Source: Octopus sinensis
Taxonomy: Eukaryota
Direction: 5' to 3'
NCBI RefSeq assembly: GCF_006345805.1
Contig: NC_043019.1
Span: 1,426,001 to 1,490,000 of the forward strand
Length of the DNA stretch: 64,000 nucleotides
Shown here: in pieces, positions 1-12,821 of the stretch
Layout: each line of letters begins with the position of its first letter
Numbering within the stretch: the stretch's first letter is position 1
The notes under the pieces: model-generated
What the model saw: the letters and a program-made list of their open reading frames with translations, nothing else
The model's database searches: none
What the model was told of the DNA's origin: nothing
Translations under genes and position numbers: made by a program

Positions 1-19
1 TTAAATAAAAAAAAAAGTA

Positions 20-785
20 TTCTGTCAGATTCTAATACACCTAGATACTTATAACTTTCTCCCCCTTTCAATGTTTTTACAGTTTTACAGTCTGATCATC
101 TCGTGATTGGATGCCTTCGCTGTTGACTATTTCTCACCTTCTCATGACTTATATTGCACACATATCTATGCCAACTTCCATGCCTGTATCTTGCTGAAGA
201 GTCTTACAGTCTGTATTTAGGAATCTAACTCTTTTCCATTCTTACTAAAAAGCTGCAGGTCATTCATGTAGATCAAATGGTTAATTTCTCCATTACTATT
301 TCTGAACTGATACACTGCCTTTGCCTTCATTAATACTAAACAGAGGGAATTCAAATATAAGACAATTATTAAAGGGAACAACGAGTCCCCCTGCAAAATT
401 CCTATTTTGATTTTAACTTTTCCTAAGAGTGTGTCACCTGAGTATAGATCTGCTTTCCATTTCTTTATGCTAAAAGCTAATTAATTCTCTTATGTTCTCT
501 GCTATATTGAATATACTCAAACATTCACTTATCCATGAGTGTGGAATTATGCTATAGGCTTTCTTATAATCTGTCTATGCTACTGTTAGATTTTTCTTTC
601 TAGCTTTTAGTTCATTTAGAACTCTTTTGTCTATATACTGTATAATAGATCATGTGTTCATTAAACATTTTTACTGAAACCTTTCTGTTCTTCTGATAGT
701 GACCTTTGGTTATCAAGGCGCTCGTAAAATCTTTCTAAAAGCATTCCTTTTAACATGTTCCACACTAATGGTAAGTCAATTTCAG
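20..785 (-). mobile_element. Decayed R4/Dong-like (RLE-clade) non-LTR retrotransposon, RT core fragment
   Basis: Manual minus-strand translation, with stops and frameshifts, gives LPLVWNMLKG, DYKKAY..IPHSWI, IGILQGDSLFPL (372-407), INHLIYMNDL (256-285) and YKYLGVLESD (25-55). These are RT motifs typical of R4-clade elements. Confidence 0.8.
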
Positions 786-789
786 GTGC

Positions 790-1560
790 TCGTCTTGACT
801 TTCTCTTCGAATTCTCTGAGGTATTTCCCATAAATCGTTTTCCTTTTCCAGTTGTATATTCTGTTCTTCATCTTGTTCGTTAAGTGTTTTGGAAAGTATC
901 ACATTTTCTGAAGATGTCGTTTTACAATTTTCTAACAGCGACAAACGAATGTTCAGTCTACTCTTTGTCGAACCATTGTTTACGTCACTGACAACACAGA
1001 TCTTGCATCCCACGAGGACACTTTCTCTCTATCCGATGTGGATAGACAGCGGGCGCAGTCTATCCACATCGCTTGTTTTAGGTACAATTCCTTGTCTATT
1101 GTCATCACGTACCTGGATTTGGTCAAGTCCGTTCTTTATCAACCTAAAGCTGCTGCGCAGTATAGCATTAAGGAAACAACCCACGTATTCATTGCCTTGA
1201 CTTTGTTCTTTCCATTGATTATACTCTCCATAATTAATTTCGTTCTTCTGAGGTATTCTCGCATAAAGATTTCCTTCATCTTACTATCCTTGATTTTCTC
1301 AAATATCCCCAGAGATTGATATCCATTCATCTCAGTATACCTGATTCTCTCTCCATTTAATAGTTCTACACCATGAAACGCTACCTTGCCTTTTTTATAT
1401 GATAAACAAGCCACAGATTTTAATCCCAAATTCTATCCCGATATCATTACTGAATATCTGCAGTGCTCTCATATAAGACTATCTATTTCACTTTCGCTCT
1501 TACCGAAGATCAATAAGTCATCCGTATATAACAAATGATTAAAATTTTCCTCCTTGTTCG
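790..1560 (-). mobile_element. Second R4/Dong-like LINE fragment (RT domains 5-7, thumb and downstream region)
   Basis: NHLLYTDDLLIFGK near 1500-1541; ORF 1139-1429 contains EYLRRTKLIMESIINGKNKVKAMNTWVVSLMLY; RIYNWKRKTIYGKYLREF near 800-860. Confidence 0.75.
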
Positions 1561-1709
1561 ACCTGATTAGCCTTTATTGGACTCTCCGACACAGACTAAG
1601 CAGGTCCAAACTTCGAAGTCATTGTCAGCACAATTCCTGTTATAAAACGCGTTGGTTAATTCTTCAGTTTAATGCGAATCGATACGTTTTTTTTTACATT
1701 TAAACGCAC

Positions 1710-1750
1710 TAGATAGATAGATAGTCAGACAGACAGACAGACAGACAGAC

Positions 1751-1781
<31 letters not shown>

Positions 1782-1786
1782 CAGAC

Positions 1787-1841
<55 letters not shown>

Positions 1842-1862
1842 AAGATAGATAGAGGGATAGAT

Positions 1863-1914
<52 letters not shown>
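1710..1914. repeat. (AGAT)n/(AGAC)n tetranucleotide microsatellite
   Basis: Seen directly; explains ORF 1709-1921. Confidence 0.97.
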
Positions 1915-1915
<1 letters not shown>

Positions 1916-2068
1916 TTCCAATTAGTCCGAGCTTTGCTTTAACAGATCTTCAGATTTCTCGTAGCTGGTCTACACAGGACAAAGAGCTGAAAGATTTAGG
2001 ATCGTGTGCGTCATTATAGCCAACTGAAAGAGATAGTTTAGTTTGGATTGCTTAACATGAGAGAACCA

Positions 2069-2289
2069 TACTCTTTACTCTGTACTATTTTATTTGTTTC
2101 AGTCATTTGACTGCGGCCATGCTGGAGCACCGCCTTTAGTCGAGCAAGTCGACCCCGGGTCTTATTCTTTGTAAGCCCAGTACTTATTCTATCGGTCTCT
2201 TTTGCCGAACCGCTAAGTAACGGGGACATAAACACACCAGCATCGGTTGTCAAGCAATGCTAGGGGGATAAACACAGACACACAAACAT

Positions 2290-2342
<53 letters not shown>

Positions 2343-2507
2343 TACGACAGGCTTCTTTCAGTTTCCGTCTACCAAATCCACTCACAAGGCATTGGTCGGC
2401 CCGAGGCTATAGCAGAAGACACTTGCCCAAGATACCACACAGTGGGACTGAACCCGGAAACATGTGGTTGGTTAGCAAGCTACTTACCACACAGCCACTC
2501 TTGCGCC
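2069..2507 (-). mobile_element. tRNA-headed SINE family A, near full length, with internal (CA)n(TA)n
   Basis: Reverse complement of the head GGCGCAGGAGTGGCTGTGTGGT...GGTTCAGTCCC with CORE-like CTTGGGCAAGTGTCTT; tail ends in an (AAAGAGT)-like repeat; many homologues in this window. Confidence 0.85.
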
Positions 2508-2611
2508 CTATTCTTGCGCCATATTCACATAGGCAATAATATTAAGAATCTACTTCGAGGTGGCATATTGTATATAAGTGGGAAGATGCGTGGCTTTGAG
2601 CAGGAATAGCT

Positions 2612-2813
2612 ATGAAGATGGTGGTGATGATGGTGGGGCTGATGATGACGGCATTGCAGGTAATGATGGTAAAAAGAGGGTGGGGTGATGGTGGTGTTAA
2701 CAGCTTAGCTATGATGACGACGGTACTTATGGCAGAGATGGTGATATTCACAAGGATGGCACTACTGAAGATGACCACACCGACGATGACGATGATGATG
2801 ATGATGATGATGT

Positions 2814-2878
<65 letters not shown>

Positions 2879-2897
2879 ATGATGATGGTGGTGGTGG

Positions 2898-2935
<38 letters not shown>

Positions 2936-2951
2936 GTGGTGATGATGATGA

Positions 2952-2982
<31 letters not shown>

Positions 2983-3030
2983 GATGATGATGATCATGAT
3001 GATGACGGTGGCGGTGACGACAACGGCGAG
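2612..3030. repeat. (GAT)n/(GGT)n trinucleotide microsatellite
   Basis: Seen directly; source of the poly-M, poly-H and poly-I ORFs. Confidence 0.97.
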
Positions 3031-4113
3031 GATTTTGGGGAAAGGGATGCGTATAGCAATAAATTTTGATGTGATTATTATAGGACGATATTAAAGTGAC
3101 CTTTGTGTAGTGTTTGCGATGAAAGAAACATTTTAAAGATGCTGTGATTGAAGACAACAACATAAGAGACACCGGTAAGAACTGATACGTGTATAAGTGA
3201 TAGTGGCGGTAGTGGCGATGGGAGGATGTAGAAAGTAATGGTACTGGTAGTAGTGGAATGTGTGGTGGTGGTGGTGGCGGTGAGGGATGTGCTGCTATAG
3301 CAGTTGATGGTGACCATGAAAGGAATGAAACATTTTCTAGACAAGATTTGTAGGTGTCTTCATATGGGCATATGGGCATATGAGGAGGTATGTTATGTTC
3401 TTTTGTGGGGGAAGCCTATACATGTGTGCATGTTTGTATGTATGTATATATGCATATATATATGCATGTGTGTATGTATATATGCATGTATGTATGTATA
3501 TATGCATGTATATATGCATGTATATATTCAAAAGGAATGAATTATTATTTATTAGTCACACATCACTCAAGTTCATACAAACAGACACTCATACATATTC
3601 GTACCATTAAAATGATAGTTCTGAGGACTCAGGGCTTAGGGGAAGATCATAAAAGGATCCATATAAAAAGAAAACATATGCGATCGGAAGGCGTAGGACA
3701 ACGCCAAATAGCGGTGGGGTACAACGAAATCGAGAGGTAAAAGCGTACGTGTGCTTAGGGCACGCAGTGCGTATGAGCTGAGATATGGCCGCTGAATAAA
3801 AGATGCGCTAACAAAGCGAAGCTAGACAATGTCAAGCGTACCAGGCCCTTCAGTAGCACCGTCGTACCAGAGCTCTTGTAAGCAAATGAGGTATAAACTA
3901 CTACGACGAGGATGGAATATCGATTAGCTACGACGTAAAGGGCAATGAAATGATTTTTGTCAAGAATGCATTAAGAGAGCAGATTCGAAATAAAATAGAT
4001 CGAGAACGAAGAACCACTCTTGTATGAGAGCGGCCTACAAGCATTGCTCAATGTCAACGACAGATTATGGTAAAACAAACAAACACACACACACACACAT
4101 ACACACACACACA

Positions 4114-4146
<33 letters not shown>

Positions 4147-4221
4147 TCTCTTTCTCACTCTCCCTCTCACGCACACACAGAGAGAGAAAGGTGTTTCCAT
4201 ACGAACGTAATAAACGCATAT

Positions 4222-4383
4222 TCCTTTATTCTTTTATTCTTTTACTTGTTTCAGTCATTTTGACTGCGGCCATGCTGGAGCACCACTTTCTTAGTCGAGC
4301 AAATCGACCCTAGGACTTATTCTTTGTAAGCCTAGTACTTATTCGATCGGTCTCTTTTGCCGAACCGCTAGGTGACGGGGACG
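4222..4383 (-). mobile_element. SINE family A, 3' half
   Basis: TGTTTCAGTCATTTTGACTGCGGCCATGCTGGAGCACC...GCCGAACCGCTAGGTGACGGGGACG matches the other family A copies. Confidence 0.85.
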
Positions 4384-6077
4384 AAATGTTTAGCTGTGTT
4401 GCTTATTTTTTTACAATAGAAATTATTATTATCATTATTACTCTCATCATCTATATCGTTTTATTATTACCTTGAATTCTGTTTTAAATTGTGTATTGTT
4501 TTTACGATAGCAGGGTTTCTCTTTTACATGTTTTAGCACTTTATATTTAATGGTTCTAGTATATTTCTTATACCTCTGTATTTCTTGGTATTTTATTTTT
4601 TTAAAGAAGAATTACCGAAAGGAAATTTTCTTTCACTTTAAGATTATCAACAACATATCGACTAGTTTATAAATTACGAGTCTTAAAGGCGGTAATAGAA
4701 CATTTAGTTGATAAGCGTCTGCGCTCTGAGGCAGACAGATGTTAACAACTCCCATTTCTATAGAATGAGTTATTGGTGCTCGGGAACATTAACTGTTCAG
4801 CTGTGTTCTTAGTAGCGCCGTCCTACGATTGATGCCATTAAGACAAACCACTCCAGATATTTCAAGGTATCGAAATCTTCGCAGAGCGAGTTGTCTAACA
4901 ATAATCCATATCATCTAATGAAATGGCTGGAGATTTTATGTCCCAAATAATGATTATTATTTAATACGACATCATGTTATGTAATACATCGTGTGCAAAT
5001 AAATTACCATGCTATTGAGACATTTGTTGCATTAATTGATCTATTGACCATGCATTCATCTTCATTACACACACGCACATATATAAAGAGAGACAGAGAG
5101 AAAGAGAGACAGAGAGAAAGAGAGAAAGAGAGACAGAGAGAAAGAAAGGGAGAGAAGGAGAAAGAGAGAAAAAGAATTAGAGAGAGAGAGGGGGAAAGAA
5201 AGAGAGAAAAGAATTAGAGAGAGAGGGGGAAAGAAAGAGATAGACATAGAGACAGAAAGACAAGAAGAGGAAAACTGTGGGAAAACAGGACATGTTTTAA
5301 TGATTTGATAATTTAACTCTGAAAAGGAACGTGTAGAGTTTCTAAATTCAGAATGAGTTTTTTCATCAAATGAAATAGATAACAGAAAAATAATGGGGGG
5401 AGAATGGTTGAGAAGCAGTATAAAATTACTGAGGAGAGCTTTAACAGATACGAGGGCGTGTAATTCGATGGTCATATGAACACACCTATATATTCAGATG
5501 CTCCTCCATTACGAAGCAAGGGGCGGCGCGATTTATAGGTGTCTTCATATGAGGAGGTGTGTTATGTTTTGGGGCAGGGGAAGCCTATGTATGTGTGCAT
5601 GTTTGTTTGTATGTATGTATATATGTATGTAGAGGTACGAAAGTGTGTACGTGTATTTGCCTGGGGTAACGGGCATGTGGATCGTTGGTGTGTAGGAGTA
5701 TGTGTGCGAAGAGAGCATGAAGAAGGGATTAGGAGGTAGAGAGCACGTTTGTGAAATGAGAAGGAAGGTAAGAGGAATGGGTAGTACTTGGTGCAAGGTC
5801 AGCAGGAGTATGGATATGAGACGTTGTTTTTGTAAACCATTTTATTTTATTTTAAACACTTAGTATAGCATCAAACACGAATCATAACACTTAGTACAGT
5901 CATCAAACACGAATAATAACATTTTATAGATGTACCCGTTTTTTTGAGAGGGTTTCGCATGTTTTATTGTTTGTCATCTATCGTCGTTTCCGTTGCGTAT
6001 GATTATAGAGAATATACTTCTCACTTGTGACGATTCTACACAGGAAATGCTCGGTAGCACGTATTGTCGTCCATGGA

Positions 6078-6212
6078 TCTTTGTAAGTCTAGTGCATATT
6101 CTCTCGGTCTCAGTTGTCGAACCCCTAGCTTACGGGGACATAAGCACAAAAACATTGGTTGACAAGCGACGTTGAGTGAGGGACAGACACTCGCACACGC
6201 ATATATATATAT

Positions 6213-6253
<41 letters not shown>

Positions 6254-6413
6254 ATGTATACATAAAACGGGCTTCTTTCTTGTTTCCGTCAACCAAATCC
6301 ACATTGGTCGGCCCGAGGCCATAGTAGAAGGCATTTACCCAAGGTGCCATCGGTGGGACTGAACCCAGAACCATGTGGTTGGGAAGCAAGCTTCTTACCA
6401 CACAGCCACGCCT
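6078..6413 (-). mobile_element. SINE family A, partial, with internal (TA)n(TG)n
   Basis: Homologous to 2069-2507. Confidence 0.8.
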
Positions 6414-6524
6414 ATGCATCTACCTATCTAGATAACTAGCTATTTACCTAGCTAGCTATCTGTACGTCTGACTGACTGCTTTTCTGCCTGTTTGTTTCTC
6501 CATGCAAGCATAATAAATACTTGA

Positions 6525-6755
6525 ATGCATACATATATACATACATACATGCAGGCATATATACACTCATGGGTGCACACATAAATTCATACATACACAC
6601 ATACACACATAGACACACATGCATACATACATACATGCATGCATACATACATACATACATACATGCATACATACATGCATACATACATACATACATACAT
6701 ACATACATGCATGCATACATACATACATACATACATGCATACATACATACATGCA

Positions 6756-6791
<36 letters not shown>

Positions 6792-6979
6792 TACATACTT
6801 ACATACGTACATACATACATACATACATACATACATGCATGCATACATACATACATACATACATACATGCATACATACATACATACATACATACATACAT
6901 ACATACATGCATGCATACATACATACATACATACATACATACATGCATGCATGCATACATACATACATACATACATGCA

Positions 6980-7013
<34 letters not shown>

Positions 7014-7278
7014 CATACTTACATACATTCATACATACATACATACACACATACATACATACATACATACATGCATACATACATACATACATACATATAT
7101 ATACATACATACATGCATACATACATACATACATACATACATACATACATACATACATACATGCATGCATACATAAATACATACATACATACATACATAC
7201 ATACATACATACATACATACATACATACATACATACGTACATACATACATACATACATACATACATACATACATACAT
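6525..7278. repeat. Long (TACA)n/(TGCA) microsatellite, about 750 bp
   Basis: Seen directly; explains all HTYI/MYVC ORFs at 6448-7339. Confidence 0.98.
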
Positions 7279-8180
7279 GCTTGTTATGTATTCGTTCGTG
7301 CTAATTAATTTGGGTTATATTTCTTTCCCTGATTCCTAACTTCTTTAGTGACAAGACACGAAGTGATATGAACACAATAAATCCATTATGACATCAGCAG
7401 ATTTATTCATATTTTTTACAAGAATAAAATTTGTATTCTGTTAGAAAATGAAAAACAAAAATCGAAACCAAATAACGTTTTTTTAATAATTTCGATGCCA
7501 AACTCCTGATTTCAGAGACGTCTAATGGAAAATATATTATTTACACATTTCACAATGTGAAGTAATTCATGATACGTCATCTACCTGTCTCCTACTGACA
7601 GATAATTTATAATTTTATATCACAAAGCAACAGTGCTTCTTGCTGAGAGACTAACGTATTTTGTTTAAGAGGAAGAAGAGAAATCAGAAAAATACTGGAG
7701 GAGACTATGATGGTGGTTTTAAGTAAACGAAGGTACCTGATGTATGAAGACATTGCTTGATGCTTTATAATTAGAAATTAATTAGGATGCCGTGATAACA
7801 ATATTAATATATATGGTGATAAATATCTATAAAAACGAACAGAGATTCGAAATTTATTAAGGGAACGACAGCCATTGAAGCTATAGTGCATTAATGTTAT
7901 ATTAAATTGTTATGAGATATTTATTCGCTATGATATATTAGGTTGTTAAAAGTTATATTCATCTACTCATTTACTCTTTTACTGCCTCACCTCACTGGGC
8001 TACTGCCAATCTGGACAGTACTTGTATGTGTTTTTAGATTTGTATGGAAACCAGTAATTTTATAGTAGATTTTATAGTACGTATTGTATGATATTATCAT
8101 GTCAAAATTTTTGGCACCGTACTAGTTTTTACCGAGATAATGCTTAGGCACATACATACTCAGACAAGCACTACGCCTCC

Positions 8181-8245
8181 GTTGGTGAAGATTGTGTCAC
8201 CAACGTGGACCGCATGCCTAACAGTCGTGTTAGGCATGCGGTCCA
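8181..8245. other. Two adjacent perfect hairpins (8-bp and 18-bp stems)
   Basis: GTTGGTGA/TCACCAAC (8181-8204); TGGACCGCATGCCTAACA-gtcg-TGTTAGGCATGCGGTCCA (8206-8245). Confidence 0.9.
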
Positions 8246-8623
8246 TCTTACGAACCCGCTAATCACTGCTCCGGAATAGCCAAGCAAAGAGCTGCATAAA
8301 AGTATTACATCTAATTGGGATTACCGACTTGTGACTATGTTGTCAGACTGTGCCTGTTACTCGACTCATCGAAGACATTGGAGTACTTAGTTTGTGAGAG
8401 CCAGTCGCCTAAGCACTTTGGATTTTGTAGCAAGTTTTTTTTCGCCTTATTTAATTTTCTTTCTTACTAGACGTTATTGCCGTTCCACTTTATATTCAAC
8501 ATTACTCCCGTCTACGCCTGCTAAGGTAGGTGACTGAGCAGGTGTCTGTAAGCAATGCGGGCAACGAAACACGAATTCAGTGTCTAGTTAACAGATCCAT
8601 TCCTAAGCTGGGACTAATTGGAA

Positions 8624-8626
<3 letters not shown>

Positions 8627-8682
<56 letters not shown>

Positions 8683-8690
8683 TTATTTAT

Positions 8691-8760
<70 letters not shown>

Positions 8761-8830
8761 TTATTTATCTATCTATCTATCTATCTATCTACCTATCTAT
8801 CTACCAACCTACCTACATACATTCATACAT
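8627..8830. repeat. (TCTA)n microsatellite
   Basis: Seen directly. Confidence 0.97.
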
Positions 8831-9462
8831 ACATGTATTGGAACTACAGATCAAAATTTATGCTGCTTGTAACCAGCGACCCCAAACTGTGGACAATCTA
8901 GTAATCTATAACTACTTGCCTACAGAATACCTTATCAAGCTACGATCTGAATGTCCTGATGTGATTTGTCTGCGTATGTCCACATAGGTACATTATAGAA
9001 AACCGTTTGCTACAGCCTGGGCAAGTTTACGAGTCTTTTGCATCTCCACTTCCATATTTTAAATCAACATAATTCTAGCGAGTATCGAAGATGCTGTTCT
9101 CTTCTTTTAATACTAAAAAGCAAAGTGTTTCCTGCAAAATACCTTGATAGCGAAACGTCAGACCCTTTTAGATTACTACTAGTCTGAAGTTATGGCATTT
9201 GCTGCTGATTACGTCCAGCATCAATGATTTGCGCTGTTTCTAGGAAGTTAGTTTGAATTGCGAAATCCAGATGTATCCCAAACAACTCAAAAATCACATC
9301 TCCTTGTTCTGTCTTCTCTTTACCGTAGATTCTGCGAAGACTTGTGTTCATAAATTCTGATCTGACTGATGATGCCAACACGAGTCTAGTCACCTGCATT
9401 ATTTGAACTGTTGGCCTTGCTTCCAAGATAACCCGCACCACAGACAGTTAACCTGCGTTACT

Positions 9463-10491
9463 GAATGAGAGCATATTCGCTAGATAGGGGAACTTGAAAT
9501 GGAACAATTTATACCTGATAATTATGGGTTCAGAAATTCCGAGCCGGAAACTACAGCTTAGACGATTATATAGGAACTGGAAAATTTGTAAAGTTCGAAA
9601 AGGACGACCTGCAAACCTTGCTGAAACAAAATCCCATTGTGACTTTAGAGGAACTAGCAGATAAGATTGGATTTGGTCATTCAACCATTCATCAACTCAT
9701 GCGTGCCATCGGAAAGTTTAGAAAATTGAATAAATCGGCTCCTAACAAATTCTCGGAGTCTAATCGCACGCAGAGTGAATGTGTGCTTTTCTTTGCTGCC
9801 ACAACTCGCGAATGAAGCTTTCTTGAACCGAACAGTGACTGGTCACAGGAAATGGGTTCTCTATAAAAATGTAAAGCGCAGAAGAGAGTGAGTAGGGAAA
9901 GAAGAAACGCCAGCACCCCAAGCTAAAGAAGGTCTTCATCCATGTAAGTTGTGGTTATTTGTCTTGTGGTATATGAAAGGTTTAGTCCACTTTGAACGTA
10001 TAACCCCAAACCAAACGATAACAACAGATCTACTGTGATCAGCTTCAGCGACTTAAATCAGCGCTAGAAGAAAGAAGACCATCTTTGCTTTCAAGATGAA
10101 AAGTGTTTTTCCATCAGGATAATGCTCGGCCACATACTGCAAGAGGGACATTCCAAAAGATGGAAAAGTTTGAATGGAAAACGCTACCCCAACCAACATA
10201 TTCGCCGGACATTGCCCCATCTGATTATCATTTATTCCGCGGTCTTCAAAATCATTTGGACAGAAAAAATATGAATTGTGTAGAAGAGGTCAAAACAGTA
10301 CTGGAGGGGGAGTATTTTTCGTCACGGACAAGTAAATTTTGGAGTTGGGACCTCGCAAGTCTACCAGATCGATGGAAGGGCATTGTAGAAAATAAAGGAG
10401 AGTATTTTCTAGGTTAAAAAGAACATTGTTTCCCTTAATTCTGAAAATTAAGAGTATAAAAGAACCGCATTTTCTATGGTATGGCCTAATA
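9463..10491 (+). mobile_element. Decayed mariner (Tc1/mariner, D,D34D) transposon, 5'-truncated, with 3' TIR
   Basis: HTH-like segment (VTLEELADKIGFGHSTIHQ); VTGHRKW as a degraded VTGDEKW; FFHQDNARPHTA and YSPDIAPSDYHLF in ORF 10103-10417; ends CCGCATTTTCTATGGTATGGCCTAATA, which is mariner TIR-like and ends in TA. Confidence 0.9.
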
Positions 10492-11067
10492 ACTGCGCCA
10501 TTTTATTGTTGGCTTTCTCATTGCTGTTGGTTCTCATTGTAGAATGTGTTGCATTTGTGTTTGATGTGCGTTTTCAGTGTTGGTTTGTCTGTGCATGGTA
10601 GTTGTGGTAGTAGAATTCGTGTTGATTTCGTATTATGGACATTGTTTCCTTTCGAATATCCTAGCTCTTTGTGAGAATAGAATTGTTTTATTCTTTTCCG
10701 TTCTTTTATGCTTTCTTATGTGTAGAATTTCCTATGTCATCGTTTCCGCCTACATGAATTGGAATATCTGAATGATATGAATTGAAAAGATGTATATCTT
10801 GTGCTGTAGAATTCGGTTTCACGCCTGTTTCGTAGTTGATGTTGTTTATCATAATTTGTCATAACTGGCGTTCTGTCACGGATTTCTTTTTGCTTTGTTC
10901 TGCTGCTGCTGTTTCGGTCAGTATTATTGCAGTTGTTACCGCAACTGCAGGTTATACAAGAGCAGTCATTGTGGCTCCTATTATTGTTGTTGCGGGCTGT
11001 TGATTTTATTCTTGTTTATCAGGTGGCAAGCAAGTATATAGCTAACGTCATATTGGTAAAGTCATAT

Positions 11068-11681
11068 TATTTCCTCCCCTAGGCGCAAGGCCCGAAATAT
11101 TTAGGGAGGGGGCCAGTCAATTAGATCGATCTCAGTACGCAACAGGTACTTAATTTATTGACGCCGAAAGGATGGAATGCAAAGTTGGCCCCGGCGATAT
11201 TTGAACTCAGAACGTAAGGACAAACAAAATAACGCTAAGCATTTCGCTTGGCATACTGATGTTTCTTATTTATTTATTGCCCACAAGGAGCTAAACATAG
11301 AGGGGACAAACAAGGACAGACAAATGGATTAAGTCGATTTCATCGACCCCAGTGTATAACTGGTACTTAATTTATCGACCCCGAGAGGAGGAAAGGCAAA
11401 GTCGACTTCGGTAGAATTTGAACTCAGAGCGTAACCGCAAACGAAATACCTATTTCTTTATTACCCACAACAGGCTAAACGTAGAGGGGACAAACAAGGG
11501 CAGACAAAATGATTAAGTCGATTAGATCGACCCCAGTGCGTTACTGGTACTTAATTTATTGACCCCTGAAAGGAGGAAAGGCAAAGTCGACCTCGGCGGA
11601 ATTTGAACTCAGAACGTAACGGCAGACGAAATACCGCTAAGTATTTCGCCCGACGCGCTAATGTTTCTGCCAGCTCGCCGC
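11068..11681 (-). mobile_element. SINE family B cluster with tandem body units
   Basis: Repeated GTCGA..ATCGACCCCAGTG..ACTGGTACTTAATTTAT..ACCCC..AAGG..AAAGGCAAAGTCGAC..CGG..GAATTTGAACTCAGA; tRNA-like head at 11600-11681. Confidence 0.85.
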
Positions 11682-12283
11682 ATTCTATGGAATGCTCTTA
11701 TGCATCAGATAGGAGTCACAACAGATTTCAGGTATCATTTTACATGGTTTCACCTTTACACCCATCTAATTTTTCTTCTGCCCAATACTCTTACCATCTC
11801 ACACCTTGGTTTGATTCTTGTGTATTCTGATATAGCGAGATTCACTCTTCGTCCTACCTTAGTTACCAAATATTTTGACTCTGGTTAGTACTCTGCATTT
11901 ACAGGTATTCCGCCATTTTTTGTGTTCTCAGTTCAGTCGCAAACGATCAAGCTATTTAAACATTCATGGTTGTTGCTGTTTTGAGCGATGACCGAGTGAC
12001 TCTAGTGGTTATTGTTGCTATTGCTTTCGTGGTGATGGTGGTTGTGTGTGTGTTAGTGTATGCGTGGGGTCTTTCTTTAGTCGTGTGAAAACAGAGTTCT
12101 GTATCGCTGAACTGGGCGTCTATAGCATTGTTATTCCTCTTGTCATATCGGATCCTACAGTCGTAACGGTGGAGCGGGTTGTGATGCTATATCTTTGTTC
12201 TTTTAGGTGTTGTCCAGTTACAAAGAAGATGGCGGTTATTTTATATTTGTTTTTGTTGTAGTGATGGTTACACTTCTTGCTGT

Positions 12284-12386
12284 TCCTTTTCTACTCTAGA
12301 CACAAGGCCCGAAATTTTGGGGAAGGGGACCAGTCGATTAGATCGACTTCAGTACGCATCTGGTACTTATTTAATCGACCCCGAAA
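12284..12386 (-). mobile_element. SINE family B tail fragment
   Basis: CACAAGGCCCGAAATTTTGGGGAAGGGGACCAGTCGATTAGATCGAC...GGTACTTATTTAATCGACCCCGAAAGG. Confidence 0.7.
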
Positions 12387-12821
12387 GGCTACACTTCTTG
12401 CTGTTCCTTACTTTTGTTGTCATCTGTATTGGTGGAACAATACTTTAACTTACAACCGGTAAGGTGGTGGGGAAAGAGATGAGAAAATTACAGTTCCAAA
12501 CACGATTACCAATCCTCGAGTACCGTGTTAATAACTTCGACGCCATATTTTGTTGTTTTAAATAATGAGCAAGTTCTAGAACAGAAAACAAAAAAATAAT
12601 TTCCGCCCCGAAGGACTAAAACAAAACAGAATTCGTTAATTTCTAAGAATCTTGATCAATTTAGAAACAAAACAAGATATTAACGGAAAGCTCTTTAAAC
12701 GAGTAACGAAAGTTTGCCAGCGATACGACGAGGCGTCTTCCACTTTCAGAAAGAAAACAATAGCAATAAAATGGTATTATCAATAATAGCTATCGTTATT
12801 ATAATTATTTTTATGATTATT

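Noticed and set aside
3610-4030. CpG-richer segment with AATAAA and TATAAA as a solo LTR
   Set aside because: No TG...CA ends, TSD or second copy identified.
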